A stretch of DNA of 64,000 nt from an uncultured Bacillales bacterium (GTDB lineage: Bacteria; Bacillota_I; Bacilli_A; RF39; UBA660): positions 15,642-79,641 of the forward strand of contig CAOJDP010000001.1 of NCBI GenBank assembly GCA_948433085.1, in the 5' to 3' direction. Positions 29,999-40,511 of this stretch are shown piece by piece. The position numbers were made by a program, and so were the translations under genes. Each line of letters begins with the position of its first letter. Positions within the stretch are counted from its first letter, which is position 1. The notes beneath the pieces are model-generated. The model made no database searches and was not told the DNA's origin. It was given only the letters and a program-made list of their open reading frames with translations.

Positions 29999-30931
29999 TT
30001 AACTTTTTTGTGAATGCGCAAATTCATTTATCATGGTAACTTTATACCCTTCTTTTTTAAACAAATCGACAAGTCCTTCCTCTCCTATGATATGCGCCAA
30101 ACCAACTGTACAAAATATAGTTTCATTTTCTTTTAATTTTTCTTTTAAATTTGTAAACATCAAATAGTTTCTTGTTGTAATCATTTTATCGTTATATGCA
30201 AGCATATATTCATTTGTTTCTTCTTCAAATAGAAAATTTTCTAAATCTTTTTGATTTCCTTTTTTATATTGTTCAAATAATTCTTTTGTATTCTCTTTTG
30301 ATTCCTCATAGGATTGAATCGCTTCCTCTAAAAAATAAATCTGTTCTTCTTCACGAAAACTCTCTAACATATTATATTGAGATTCAGCAGATTCCAATTC
30401 AATAATCTTTTTGTTGTTTTCTTTGGCAAGGTTTAAAAAATATGAATCAATACCATACTGTTCATCTAATCCAATTTCTTGCATAATCGCACTTTCAATT
30501 AATGTTTCCCAAATAATGGGTTGATAACGATCGATCACACTACTATAAAGGCCAGCATTCTTTAAAATTTCTACACCTGATTCATAGATATCTTTTTTTA
30601 AAACATCCTTTATCGTTTTATTATTTCCATATAAAAAGCGAGATAATACTTGAAATTGACTCGTAATATTTTTTTCATACGCAACGAGATCAAATTCAAC
30701 TGCAATGGAATCACTATTGTTATATGCATTTAATATATAATCTGGTAATGGATATAAGGAATCATTTGCCGCATGGATAGAGCCAAATAGGTAAAGTTTA
30801 TTTTCTTTATTAGGATGTGACACTTCATAAAAAAGTGGTGTTGTAGTTGAATTTTGTTTTATATTTTCCCTAGAACACCCCAATAAAAAACTAAAACATA
30901 AAATCAATAATAAATAACTAATTTTTTTCAT
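29999..30931 (-). CDS. TraB/GumN-family lipoprotein
   Basis: Lipobox LLGCS after the signal peptide, and YLFGSIHAANDS...AVEFDL typical of the TraB/PrgY/GumN family. Confidence 0.65.
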   Translation of the reverse strand: MKKISYLLLILCFSFLLGCSRENIKQNSTTTPLFYEVSHPNKENKLYLFGSIHAANDSLYPLPDYILNAYNNSDSIAVEFDLVAYEKNITSQFQVLSRFLYGNNKTIKDVLKKDIYESGVEILKNAGLYSSVIDRYQPIIWETLIESAIMQEIGLDEQYGIDSYFLNLAKENNKKIIELESAESQYNMLESFREEEQIYFLEEAIQSYEESKENTKELFEQYKKGNQKDLENFLFEEETNEYMLAYNDKMITTRNYLMFTNLKEKLKENETIFCTVGLAHIIGEEGLVDLFKKEGYKVTMINEFAHSQKS

Positions 30932-31457
30932 AAATATACACCCTTTCTAAACGTTTGAGCCTGTTTAAAATTGCACTTTTTTATGTTACTATTTTCGTAA
31001 TAAAATATAATTTCAATTCTTCTTTTCCAATAATTGTAACAAAAATTTTCTAATATGTCACGAAAATTCATAATCTATAGAGCAAAAAAACTTTTATTTT
31101 TTTAATAATATTTGTTTTCATTTCAAATTACAATTATTCTATATATTATAAAATACCTATAAAAAATTTTTACTTTTACAAAAATACATTTTGGAAATAT
31201 CATCTTGCATTTCGAAAATTTTGTTATAATTTACAGTTGCACTATGCATATAAAATTATATTTATAAACACATATATTAGAAACAAATTCTGATATTTCT
31301 ATAATTCTGATACAATGTTTCTATTTCAATTTTGGCTGAATGGAAAAAGATAGATATTCACTATCTTTCTTTATTTTTTCAAATAAGTATCTATTTTTTA
31401 GAAGAAAAATTTCTATTCTATAATAATATAGAATTCTACATATCTAAATTTTCGTAC

Positions 31458-31486
31458 ATAAAATAAAAAGAAGTGATTACACTTCC
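31458..31486 (-). terminator. Rho-independent terminator of the ABC exporter operon
   Basis: The minus strand reads GAAGTG-taat-CACTTC followed by TTTTTATTTTAT. The stop codon sits in the loop. Confidence 0.55.
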
Positions 31487-33309
31487 TCAAATTGAGAATT
31501 ATAAAGTTTGGCATAAAAACCATTCTTTTTTAATAACTCTTCATGATTTCCTGTTTCAACAATATCTCCCTCATTCATAACCAAAATCAAATCCGCATTT
31601 TTAATTGTAGATAAACGATGCGCTATAATGAAACTGGTTCTGCCTTCCATCAATCTATCCATAGCTTCTTGAATCATAATTTCAGTTCTTGTATCCACAC
31701 TACTTGTCGCTTCATCTAAAATGAGTATCTTAGGATCTGCAAGTATCACACGAGCAATTGTAAGCAACTGTTTTTGACCCTGCGATACGTTGTCTGCATC
31801 TTCATTTAAAACCATTTGATACCCATCTGGTAATGTTTTAATAAAATGATGTACACTTGCTGCTCGACATGCATTTTTTACATCTTCAATATCCGCATCT
31901 AATTTTCCATATTTAATATTCTCTTCAATGGTACCACTGAATAACCAAGTATCTTGTAAAACCATTCCAAATAAACTTCTTAAATCACTTCTTTTAAACG
32001 CTTTGATATCATGCCCATCTATTTTAATAGCGCCACTATTTACATCATAAAAACGCATAAGTAATTTAATCATAGTAGATTTCCCAGCTCCCGTTGGACC
32101 TACAATCGCTATTTTTTCTCCATGATGAATGTTGGCATTGAAATCATGTATAATATTTTTTTCAGGATTATAACCAAATGCTACATGATCAAATGTAATA
32201 TTTCCTTTTAAATTTTCTACAGATAATGGTGCTTTTGTATCAGGTGTTTCTTCTTCTTCATTTAAAAATTCAAATACACGTTCTGCAGCAGCGGCTGTAG
32301 ATTGCAACATATTCATGATTTGTGCCAATTGCGCAATTGGTTGATTAAAATTTCTTACATATTGTGTAAATGATACAATATCTCCTACTTCAATTTTATT
32401 CTTGATTGTTAAATACCCACCTAAAACAGATACCATAACATAACCTAAATTTCCAACAAACATCATAATTGGATGCATCATTCCAGATAAAAATTGACTC
32501 TTCCAAGCCGTATGATATAAAGTATCATTACTTTCATTGAATTCAGCAATCGCTTTTTGTTCGCCATTAAAAGCTTTGACAATTTCTTGACCACCATAAA
32601 CTTCTTCAATTGTTCCATTGATATGTCCCAAATATTCTTGTTGCCTTGTAAAATATTTTTGAGAGTTTTTGACAATCAAGCCCATGCCCCCTAAAGAAAT
32701 TGGCAGAATTAAAATAGCAGCTAAAGTCATGAAAGGACTAATTGAAATCATCATGGCAAGCACTCCAACTAACATGGTAACAGAAGTAATCAATTGGGTC
32801 ATACTTTGACTCAAACTATCACTTAGAGTATCCACATCATTGGTAATGACAGATAATACCTCTCCATTGGTTTTAGAATCAAAATATTTCATAGGAAGCC
32901 TTCCTATTTTCTCTGATATCTCTTTTCGAAATTGATAAGATACTTTATTAGAAACTCCATTCATTAAGAAACTTTGTATAAAAGAAAAAACAAGACTTCC
33001 TATATATAAACATAATAAGAAAGTTAGAATTTTGCCGATTTTAATAAAATCAATTCCCCCTGTACCTCCTATTTTACTCATCAATCCATTGAATATCTCA
33101 GTTGTAATTCTTCCTGATATTTTAGGACCTACGATAGAGAAAATAGTACTTCCTATTGCAAATAGCAATACAAAAAAGATAGTTGTACGATACGGTTTTA
33201 AATGATGAAATAAAGATTTCATAGTCCCTTTAAAATCTTTCGCTTTTTCTCCCATTACCATTGGGCCTGGACCTCTATGCATAGGTCCCTGTTTTGTTTC
33301 TTTAGGCAT
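31477..33309 (-). CDS. ABC exporter permease/ATPase fusion subunit, heterodimer partner B
   Basis: Six TM segments plus an NBD (GPTGAGKST, LSGGQKQ, ILILDEATS). The start was set at ATG 33309 (MPKETK), with an AAGGAGG RBS and an 8-nt overlap with the upstream partner stop. Confidence 0.85.
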   Translation of the reverse strand: MPKETKQGPMHRGPGPMVMGEKAKDFKGTMKSLFHHLKPYRTTIFFVLLFAIGSTIFSIVGPKISGRITTEIFNGLMSKIGGTGGIDFIKIGKILTFLLCLYIGSLVFSFIQSFLMNGVSNKVSYQFRKEISEKIGRLPMKYFDSKTNGEVLSVITNDVDTLSDSLSQSMTQLITSVTMLVGVLAMMISISPFMTLAAILILPISLGGMGLIVKNSQKYFTRQQEYLGHINGTIEEVYGGQEIVKAFNGEQKAIAEFNESNDTLYHTAWKSQFLSGMMHPIMMFVGNLGYVMVSVLGGYLTIKNKIEVGDIVSFTQYVRNFNQPIAQLAQIMNMLQSTAAAAERVFEFLNEEEETPDTKAPLSVENLKGNITFDHVAFGYNPEKNIIHDFNANIHHGEKIAIVGPTGAGKSTMIKLLMRFYDVNSGAIKIDGHDIKAFKRSDLRSLFGMVLQDTWLFSGTIEENIKYGKLDADIEDVKNACRAASVHHFIKTLPDGYQMVLNEDADNVSQGQKQLLTIARVILADPKILILDEATSSVDTRTEIMIQEAMDRLMEGRTSFIIAHRLSTIKNADLILVMNEGDIVETGNHEELLKKNGFYAKLYNSQFEEV

Positions 33310-35533
33310 TCTCCAGTTCCTCCTTTGATAATTGTGATAACGCAATTTCTTGGTATACCTGACAAGATTGCATCAATTCTTTGTGAGTACCAATTCCCGC
33401 AATTTTACCTTCCTGTAAGACAATAATCTGTTCAGCATGCATAATCGTACTAATTCGTTGCGCAACAATTAAAACTGTTGATTTTTTAGTAACTTTTTTC
33501 AAAGCTGTACGCAGTGCGGCATCTGTTTTAAAATCTAATGCCGAAAAACTATCATCAAAAATATAAATATCTGGTTTCTTAGCAATCGCTCTAGCAATAG
33601 ATAACCTTTGCTTTTGTCCACCTGACACATTTGTTCCACCTTGTGAAATTGGAGAATGATAAGTATCTTCTAAATGCTCAATAAAATCAGTTGCCTGAGC
33701 AATAGAAGCTGCTTCTTGTAATTCCTCTTCTGTAATACTTTTACATCCATACCCAATATTACTTGCGATTGTCCCTGAAAACAGTACACCTTTTTGTGGG
33801 ACATAACCAATTTTATCACGTAATGTATGTGTTTTTATTTTTCGAATATCCACACCATCTACTAAAATTGCACCTTCCGTAACATCATAAAATCTTGGAA
33901 TTAAATTAATTAAAGTGGATTTCCCAGAACCTGTCGATCCAATAAATGCAGTTGTCATCCCTGGTTTAGCAATAAAATTAATGTCTGTAATAACATCTTC
34001 ATTGGCATCAGGATAACGAAAAGATACATTTTTAAACTCAACAATACCTTTTTGCCTTGCATCAAAAAGCACCTCTTCTGCTGGCTCTTCAATCACAAGC
34101 TTCGTATCTATAATTTCTATTACACGTTTTGCAGATACAGTAGAACGAGGTAACATAATAGAAATCATAGAAATCATTAAGAACGACATAATAATTTGCA
34201 TCGTATATTGAATAAAAGCCATCATGTCACCTACTTGCATGAGTCCTGCATCAATACTATAAGCACCTTTCCATAAAATAACTAAAGCAACAGTATTCAT
34301 AATAAATGACATAGCTGGCATCATAAATGCCATTGTTCTTCCAACGAATAAATTTAGTTTGGTTAAGTCTTGATTGGCTTGATCAAATCTTATCTCTTCA
34401 TGCTGTTCATTATGAAAAGCACGAATTACTGGTAACCCAGTTAAAATTTCTCTAGTAACTAAATTTAATTTGTCAACTAATTTTTGAACAATTTTGAATT
34501 TTGGCATTACAATCGCAAATAGAATAATAACAAGTGTTAAAATAGACATAACTGCAATCGCAATAATCCAAGCCATAGAGGAATTGACGTTTAAACTTTT
34601 AATCACTCCCCCAATTCCTATGATTGGCGCATAAAACACAATTCTAAGAAGCATAACCAATACCATTTGAAGTTGTTGAATGTCATTGGTTGTTCTTGTA
34701 ATCAAAGATGCTGTTCCAAATTGTTTCATTTCTGTATTAGAAAAACTTACAACCTTTTTAAATACATTTTTACGAAGTCTACGACCTAATTTAGCAGATA
34801 ATCGAGCACCTAATAGTCCAACTCCAATCGTCATAATCATGCTTAACAAAGCGATGCCTAACATTTTTAAACCTGAGAAAATTATATAATTGGTTTGCAT
34901 TTGATCCGTATGCATACCAAGTGCTACATATTCCTGTTTCACTAAATGAATGGCCCCACTGGTTAATATAGAATCAGGCATTTGTTCCATTTGCATTTTA
35001 CTTTCTTCTATTATTTTTTGAATACCCTCTTTTGGATAAGTAGCTAATATCTGAAAAACATCAGTATCATTAGGGAATCCATTTAAAATTTGATCTCTTA
35101 ATTTTTGATTTTCTTCCCCATCTCCACGAAATGATGAAATGAGAAGAATAGGAAGTTCTAATATTTCATTTAATTCTTCTTTATTCGCATTTTTATTTAA
35201 TTCATAAATTGCTTCTTTTTCTAAGATAGGATACTGTTTTCTTTTTTTCTCATATTCTTCTTTTTTCAAGTCATCTTTTGTAAGCAAAGTATAATTATGG
35301 AAAACAATTTCCTTTTGTTCATCTGATAAAAATAATAAAATTTTATCCATTTCTGTTTTACGAATCGCTTCATAAGTTGGATCTTCAATTCCACCTTGAC
35401 TGATTCCTACATTGACAATTTTTGAAGTGTAATCTGGAAGCGATAAATCACAGATAGCTTGCCCTACAAGCAAAAGAATAATGGTTAAGATACTCATCCA
35501 TGAATCTTTTACATATTTGAATATTTTTAACAT
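33302..35533 (-). CDS. ABC exporter permease/ATPase fusion subunit, partner A, with a large extracytoplasmic loop insertion
   Basis: 743 aa. An insert of about 200 aa lies between TM1 and TM2. The NBD has GSTGSGKST, VSGGQKQR and IYIFDDSFSALD. Confidence 0.85.
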   Translation of the reverse strand: MLKIFKYVKDSWMSILTIILLLVGQAICDLSLPDYTSKIVNVGISQGGIEDPTYEAIRKTEMDKILLFLSDEQKEIVFHNYTLLTKDDLKKEEYEKKRKQYPILEKEAIYELNKNANKEELNEILELPILLISSFRGDGEENQKLRDQILNGFPNDTDVFQILATYPKEGIQKIIEESKMQMEQMPDSILTSGAIHLVKQEYVALGMHTDQMQTNYIIFSGLKMLGIALLSMIMTIGVGLLGARLSAKLGRRLRKNVFKKVVSFSNTEMKQFGTASLITRTTNDIQQLQMVLVMLLRIVFYAPIIGIGGVIKSLNVNSSMAWIIAIAVMSILTLVIILFAIVMPKFKIVQKLVDKLNLVTREILTGLPVIRAFHNEQHEEIRFDQANQDLTKLNLFVGRTMAFMMPAMSFIMNTVALVILWKGAYSIDAGLMQVGDMMAFIQYTMQIIMSFLMISMISIMLPRSTVSAKRVIEIIDTKLVIEEPAEEVLFDARQKGIVEFKNVSFRYPDANEDVITDINFIAKPGMTTAFIGSTGSGKSTLINLIPRFYDVTEGAILVDGVDIRKIKTHTLRDKIGYVPQKGVLFSGTIASNIGYGCKSITEEELQEAASIAQATDFIEHLEDTYHSPISQGGTNVSGGQKQRLSIARAIAKKPDIYIFDDSFSALDFKTDAALRTALKKVTKKSTVLIVAQRISTIMHAEQIIVLQEGKIAGIGTHKELMQSCQVYQEIALSQLSKEELENA

Positions 35534-35860
35534 ATAAATTTCCTTTCTACTGGGAATAATTCCCTATATTTGGTGTATGCACGAAACTCATTATAATGAC
35601 TATATTTTTTTATGTCAAGCAGAATAAACTATTTTACAAATTTTCACATAGATTTTATGTTAAATACAAAAACTATCTAATTTTATAAGTATAAGATTAC
35701 ACTTCTACATTGTTATTTATTATAACTGCCTCTTTCTTCTATTTTGTCATGTAAATTTTATACAAAACATTGTTTATTTTTTAATTATAACTTTATCAAA
35801 AACACGGCATCCTATTTACAGCAATTATTGTATCATAAATATTTTTATGGAAACAAAAAA

Positions 35861-36826
35861 TTAAAATTTAAAGCGTTTTTGCAACTGTTGTATCTTTTCT
35901 TCTTCATCTGCACTCGCATATTTTTCTTTAATATGATTTAGAATTGCTATCCATTCTTTTCTCTTTTCTTTTAACTCGCTTGGATCATCATGATAAAATG
36001 TTCTATTTCCATTATTATAATTCACCCATTCTATTCCATTAAAAACAACATAAGGGCTAAATACATCATCTAGTTTGATTTCAACATCACAAGTATTGAT
36101 ATCATTTCCAACAATAAGGCCCTTTTTTGCTTTTAAATGACTCTTTGTTGCATCTACATAATCAGTATCAAGATAAATTTCTTGTGCATCTAATAAAGAT
36201 TTCACAATTTCTAGCTCTTTGGCTTTAATAACTATCTGTTCATGATTAGAAACAATTCGAGAATGAACAACCTTTACCTTCTTTGCACATATATCCATTC
36301 CAAAGTAATTGCGCTGATTATATGGGATATATAAATTTTGAAAATTTTCATTTCTAAAGATGAGTTCATTGATTGTCATATGTGAAACAGTTCTAAAAAA
36401 AGTTTGATTTTTATAGTTCGCAAGTCCATTTTTATATTGATTATTTTCAAATGTTATTTTATCTGCTTGTAATATAGTGATTGGTGAATATTTAAATTTA
36501 CAATTTCGAAATGTCATCTCACAACAATAAGAACCAATCTTAATAGGAGAACAAAAAACAATTCCATCAAAAACATAATGGACTTTTTTATCCAATTGAT
36601 AGTAGTAAATCAATTCCCTCTTTTGCTCATCCATTGTATTCATGCCACCAATATATAGTTCATAAAAAACAGGTTTGACATGTTTATCAAGTAACTTTTG
36701 TGTTACATAACATGTAATACATTTATCGTCTTCTACAATATCTCCAATATTGGCAATTTCGTGGAGCAAAAATTTAAACCGTTTAATTTGTTTGAATTCA
36801 TCCTTTAAGTTTTTCAAAAATAACAT
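35861..36826 (-). CDS. Hypothetical protein
   Basis: 321 aa with several Cys clusters (CITCYV, YCCEMTFRNC). No family recognised. Confidence 0.45.
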   Translation of the reverse strand: MLFLKNLKDEFKQIKRFKFLLHEIANIGDIVEDDKCITCYVTQKLLDKHVKPVFYELYIGGMNTMDEQKRELIYYYQLDKKVHYVFDGIVFCSPIKIGSYCCEMTFRNCKFKYSPITILQADKITFENNQYKNGLANYKNQTFFRTVSHMTINELIFRNENFQNLYIPYNQRNYFGMDICAKKVKVVHSRIVSNHEQIVIKAKELEIVKSLLDAQEIYLDTDYVDATKSHLKAKKGLIVGNDINTCDVEIKLDDVFSPYVVFNGIEWVNYNNGNRTFYHDDPSELKEKRKEWIAILNHIKEKYASADEEEKIQQLQKRFKF

Positions 36827-36840
36827 ACCATCTTCCCCTT

Positions 36841-37605
36841 CTATACTTTATATTTTTTGTAGAATTTCTTTTTCTCATTATGACAAACAGTATTAAATAA
36901 ACTAAATGAATTTTGAATATATGTTAGCATTATTTTCTCTACTGGTTTCCTATTTTCAAATGATACTTTTGTAAAATCAATGAGCAACCTAAATAGGGTA
37001 TCTGCATAATGCCCTTGATAGTGTATTTCAAATGTATTTTCATTCAGATAAATATGTTGATATTCCCAATTTCCTTTTATTTTATAATACCAGTCACTTA
37101 ATAGATTTGCTAGTTCAAGGTAATTATTATCCTCTAAAAAAATGGTCGAAGTTCTTTGATTTACAACAAAAAAGTGATTGAGCGTCTCGGTTAACCTACT
37201 ACGCACTGTTAGTCCATCATGTCCTAGAATATCCAGAACATTTTCTGGTTTAGCCAATTTTACCCAATCATCGATTGGATAGAGAAAATGGTGCAATAAA
37301 ATCATTTTCTTATCATGGGCAAGACATATTTTATAAATTGTTTCGATATGTTTGGCGTAAGCTTTGTGTTCAGCGATAGAAGTAATATCTAAAATACAAA
37401 GATGACATGACTGTATTTTTTCTTCCATTTGTTTCCATTTTAATGTGGAATCTGAAAAATGAGAATTACTGTCTTCTAAACAAACATTATTGATAAGCCC
37501 CCTACACCCATCGTAAAAAAGGTTTCTCATATTTTCTATTGATAGTACATCTAAATTTTCAGTTAAAAAGTCATCTGTACCTAAAAATATTCTCATTTCT
37601 CTCAT
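36841..37605 (-). CDS. Hypothetical protein
   Basis: The start was set at ATG 37605 (MREMRIFLGTDDF...), with an AAGAGGA RBS. His/Asp-rich segments (ILDITSIAEHKAY, ILGHDGLTV) hint at a hydrolase, but no confident family. Confidence 0.45.
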   Translation of the reverse strand: MREMRIFLGTDDFLTENLDVLSIENMRNLFYDGCRGLINNVCLEDSNSHFSDSTLKWKQMEEKIQSCHLCILDITSIAEHKAYAKHIETIYKICLAHDKKMILLHHFLYPIDDWVKLAKPENVLDILGHDGLTVRSRLTETLNHFFVVNQRTSTIFLEDNNYLELANLLSDWYYKIKGNWEYQHIYLNENTFEIHYQGHYADTLFRLLIDFTKVSFENRKPVEKIMLTYIQNSFSLFNTVCHNEKKKFYKKYKV

Positions 37606-37727
37606 ATTTTTTTTCCTCTTTTCATGAATAATACTATAATATAACGAAGAAAAAAAGTCAAACAAGGCTTTGCTATTTATGACTTTTTAAATGAACAATA
37701 TTTTATTTCTTATGCACTGCCGCGATT

Positions 37728-39542
37728 TCATGAAATTGTCTTTATTTGAAATATTCTAAGTGCATTTAAAATCGTTAAAACGGTTACACCTACATCTGCA
37801 AAAACTGCCCCCCACATACTAGAAATCCCTATCAAACCTAAAAATAAAATGAGTATTTTAACGGTTAATGCAAAGATAATATTACACTTCACAATTTTTT
37901 TTGTTTGTTTGGCAATCTGAATAGCTGTTAAAAGTAAACTAGGATCATCGTTCATAATTACAATGTCGCTTGCTTCAATTGCTACATCACTTCCAATCCC
38001 ACCCATGGAAACACCAATATCTGCTTTCATCAAAACAGGCGCATCATTCATGCCATCACCAACAAATATTATCTTATTTGTTTCCTGCTCAGCTTTCACA
38101 AGTTCTACTTTATCTGTAGGAAGAAGATTTGCATAAACTTCATCCATGTGCAACTTCATCCCTACTTCTTTTACAGTTCTTTCATGATCCCCTGATAATA
38201 ATATGGCTTTTTGAATGCCAACCTCTTTTAAATGATCAATCAAACCATAAGCGGTTTCTTTTATCGTATCTTCTATTATAATAGCACCGATATATTCATG
38301 ATTACAGGCCACATAAACAATAGTCCCTAATGTATCAAGTTTGGAACATACAATATTATTTTCTTGCATAAACGTTTTAGACCCTACATGTATTTTTTTG
38401 TCCCTTATTATTACTTCAATTCCCTTCCCTACAATTTCCTGATAAGATTCTATGGTGTCTGTAAGCGGTTTTGAATATGCTTTTTGAATGGACAAAGCAA
38501 TTGGATGATTTGAATTACTTTCAGCAAGTGCGGCTAAGCGCAAAATTTCCTCCTTTCTTTCTTTTGGGATAATCTTAGACACTTCAAATTTACCTTTCGT
38601 AAGTGTTCCTGTTTTATCAAATACGACTGTGTTCATCTGATCTAAATTTTCTAACGATAATGTATTTTTAATTAAAATCCCCTTTTTACTGGAAACACCG
38701 ATTCCTGAGAAAAAACCAATTGGAATGGATACCACTAAAGCACATGGACATGAAATCACTAAAAATAGGAGTGATTTATAAAACCATATAGAAAAAGGTT
38801 GATGAAAAATAACAGGAATAACTGTAAGCAACATAGCGAATATCACAACAATTGGCGTATAATAATTTGCAAACTTGGTAATAAACTTCTCTTGCTGTGT
38901 TTTCGTTTCACCAGATTGTTCCATCAAACGAAGAATTTTAGAGACTGTAGATTCTTGATATAATGTGGTTACTTTTATTTCTAAAATACCTTCTTTATTC
39001 AAACAACCGCTGATGACAACATCATTTGGTTTTACTGTTTTTAAAATAGATTCTCCTGTCATTGACGATGTATCTAAATGGCTATTCCCAGATAAGATAA
39101 TACCATCTAATGGTATTTTTTCTCCTGGTTTTACAATTATAATATCATTTACTTTGATTTCTTCGATTGGAATGGTAAAAACTCCATTTTTACGTTTAAG
39201 ATGCGCTACATCACTTCTTAAATCCATAAGTTTACCAATTGCATCCTTCGTTTGATCGGTCGCAAAATCACTTAAATATTCACCTATTTGATAAAATAAA
39301 ATAACAGCCACTGCTTCTGGATATTCTTTTATGATAAAGGCCCCCAGTGTCGCAATTACCATAAGAAACTTTTCATCCAATATTTTGAATTTTGGAATAT
39401 TTTTAATGACATCTATCCAAATCGGATATGCAAGTAAACTATAAGCCAAGATGAGTACGATAGGATAAATTGCATTTTTAGGTAGGAAAAAGGAAACCAA
39501 AAATAAAAATCCACCCATTCCTATTTTATAAATCGTTTTCAT
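37728..39542 (-). CDS. cadA: Cd/Zn-type heavy-metal P1B-ATPase
   Basis: CPC motif in TM6 (SCPCALVVSIPIG), phosphorylation motif DKTGTLT and hinge GDGMNDAP. There is no N-terminal HMA domain. It is co-operonic with an ArsR regulator. Confidence 0.85.
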   Translation of the reverse strand: MKTIYKIGMGGFLFLVSFFLPKNAIYPIVLILAYSLLAYPIWIDVIKNIPKFKILDEKFLMVIATLGAFIIKEYPEAVAVILFYQIGEYLSDFATDQTKDAIGKLMDLRSDVAHLKRKNGVFTIPIEEIKVNDIIIVKPGEKIPLDGIILSGNSHLDTSSMTGESILKTVKPNDVVISGCLNKEGILEIKVTTLYQESTVSKILRLMEQSGETKTQQEKFITKFANYYTPIVVIFAMLLTVIPVIFHQPFSIWFYKSLLFLVISCPCALVVSIPIGFFSGIGVSSKKGILIKNTLSLENLDQMNTVVFDKTGTLTKGKFEVSKIIPKERKEEILRLAALAESNSNHPIALSIQKAYSKPLTDTIESYQEIVGKGIEVIIRDKKIHVGSKTFMQENNIVCSKLDTLGTIVYVACNHEYIGAIIIEDTIKETAYGLIDHLKEVGIQKAILLSGDHERTVKEVGMKLHMDEVYANLLPTDKVELVKAEQETNKIIFVGDGMNDAPVLMKADIGVSMGGIGSDVAIEASDIVIMNDDPSLLLTAIQIAKQTKKIVKCNIIFALTVKILILFLGLIGISSMWGAVFADVGVTVLTILNALRIFQIKTIS

Positions 39543-39832
39543 TGTTTTTTCCTTTCTAATATATGCTCATATCCATATTTTAATATAGTCACGATATGCG
39601 TATCTGCTAAAGTATAGTAAACTGTTTTTCCTACTTTTTCATTTTTGACAAAATTTTGACTTCTCAGTACTTTGAGTTGATGAGAAATAGAAGAATGTGT
39701 CATATGCAATTGTTCAGCAATCTCACTAACACAACGTTTTTGATCACACAGTGTATTTAATATTTTAAGGCGGGTAACATCCCCAAATACTTTATAAAAT
39801 TCACTCAATTCATAAATAACTTCTTGTTGCAT
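39539..39832 (-). CDS. cadC: ArsR/SmtB-family metalloregulator (CadC-like)
   Basis: HTH region RLKILNTLCDQKRCVSEIAEQLHMTHSSISHQLKVL. An ATGA overlap with cadA. Confidence 0.8.
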   Translation of the reverse strand: MQQEVIYELSEFYKVFGDVTRLKILNTLCDQKRCVSEIAEQLHMTHSSISHQLKVLRSQNFVKNEKVGKTVYYTLADTHIVTILKYGYEHILERKKQ

Positions 39833-39952
39833 TTACTACCTCCTTATATGATTATATGTTCATATATTCATATTATATGTATTTCCAGCATCAATGTCAA
39901 TAAAAAATCTCTAATTAAGAGATTTTTCTAAGATAAGTACTTTTTCGTTTCT

Positions 39953-40432
39953 TTATGATACAATTGTATTATTTTTCGAAATTTTTTTATTTAAAGTTTT
40001 TCCTAACACTTGTTCCACTTCCGAAACTGTCTTTTCAATCATTCCAGAGTTATCAATAATAAAATCAGAAGAAATCCCTCGTTTTTGAATATTTGCCTCG
40101 TTAAAATCTTCTGCGTCCACTAAAAATCTCCTACACATCTCTTCATATTTAGGATACACTTGTGTTTTTTCTCTATCCAAAGCACGTTGTAATCGAGTTC
40201 CAGAATCCATCTGGAATAAAATGGGCACTATATTTTCTTTTCCATAATATGCTACAAATTGATCATACCCAACCAATGTATTAATGGTAATATAATTATA
40301 TGCATTTAAATTTATACTCTGCGCTCCCGCAAAATAATGCCAACTTCCATACATCGTACAGTAGGAACGCAATTCTATAATTTGATTTTCATTTTGCTTT
40401 TTGAAATATCCTTCTAGGAAGCCCAATTGCAT
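39953..40432 (-). CDS. Guanylate-kinase-like domain protein lacking an obvious P-loop
   Basis: The C-terminal two-thirds parallels the Gmk core and lid (…LQRALDREKTQ…DFIIDNSGMIEKTVSEVEQVL), but there is no GxxGxGK motif. It may be degenerate or non-catalytic. Confidence 0.35.
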   Translation of the reverse strand: MQLGFLEGYFKKQNENQIIELRSYCTMYGSWHYFAGAQSINLNAYNYITINTLVGYDQFVAYYGKENIVPILFQMDSGTRLQRALDREKTQVYPKYEEMCRRFLVDAEDFNEANIQKRGISSDFIIDNSGMIEKTVSEVEQVLGKTLNKKISKNNTIVS

Positions 40433-40511
40433 TTCTTCCTACTAACCTAAATAAAGCATTCCCTTTTTATAGCAAATATTATAGACCAATGCAAACATGT
40501 GATAAATAAAC

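Noticed and set aside
30932-31476. The 545-bp spacer between the TraB-family gene and the ABC operon as a hidden gene or CRISPR leader
   Set aside because: It contains only an extremely AT-rich sequence, the operon terminator hairpin and probable promoter elements. There are no repeats and no ORF with an RBS.
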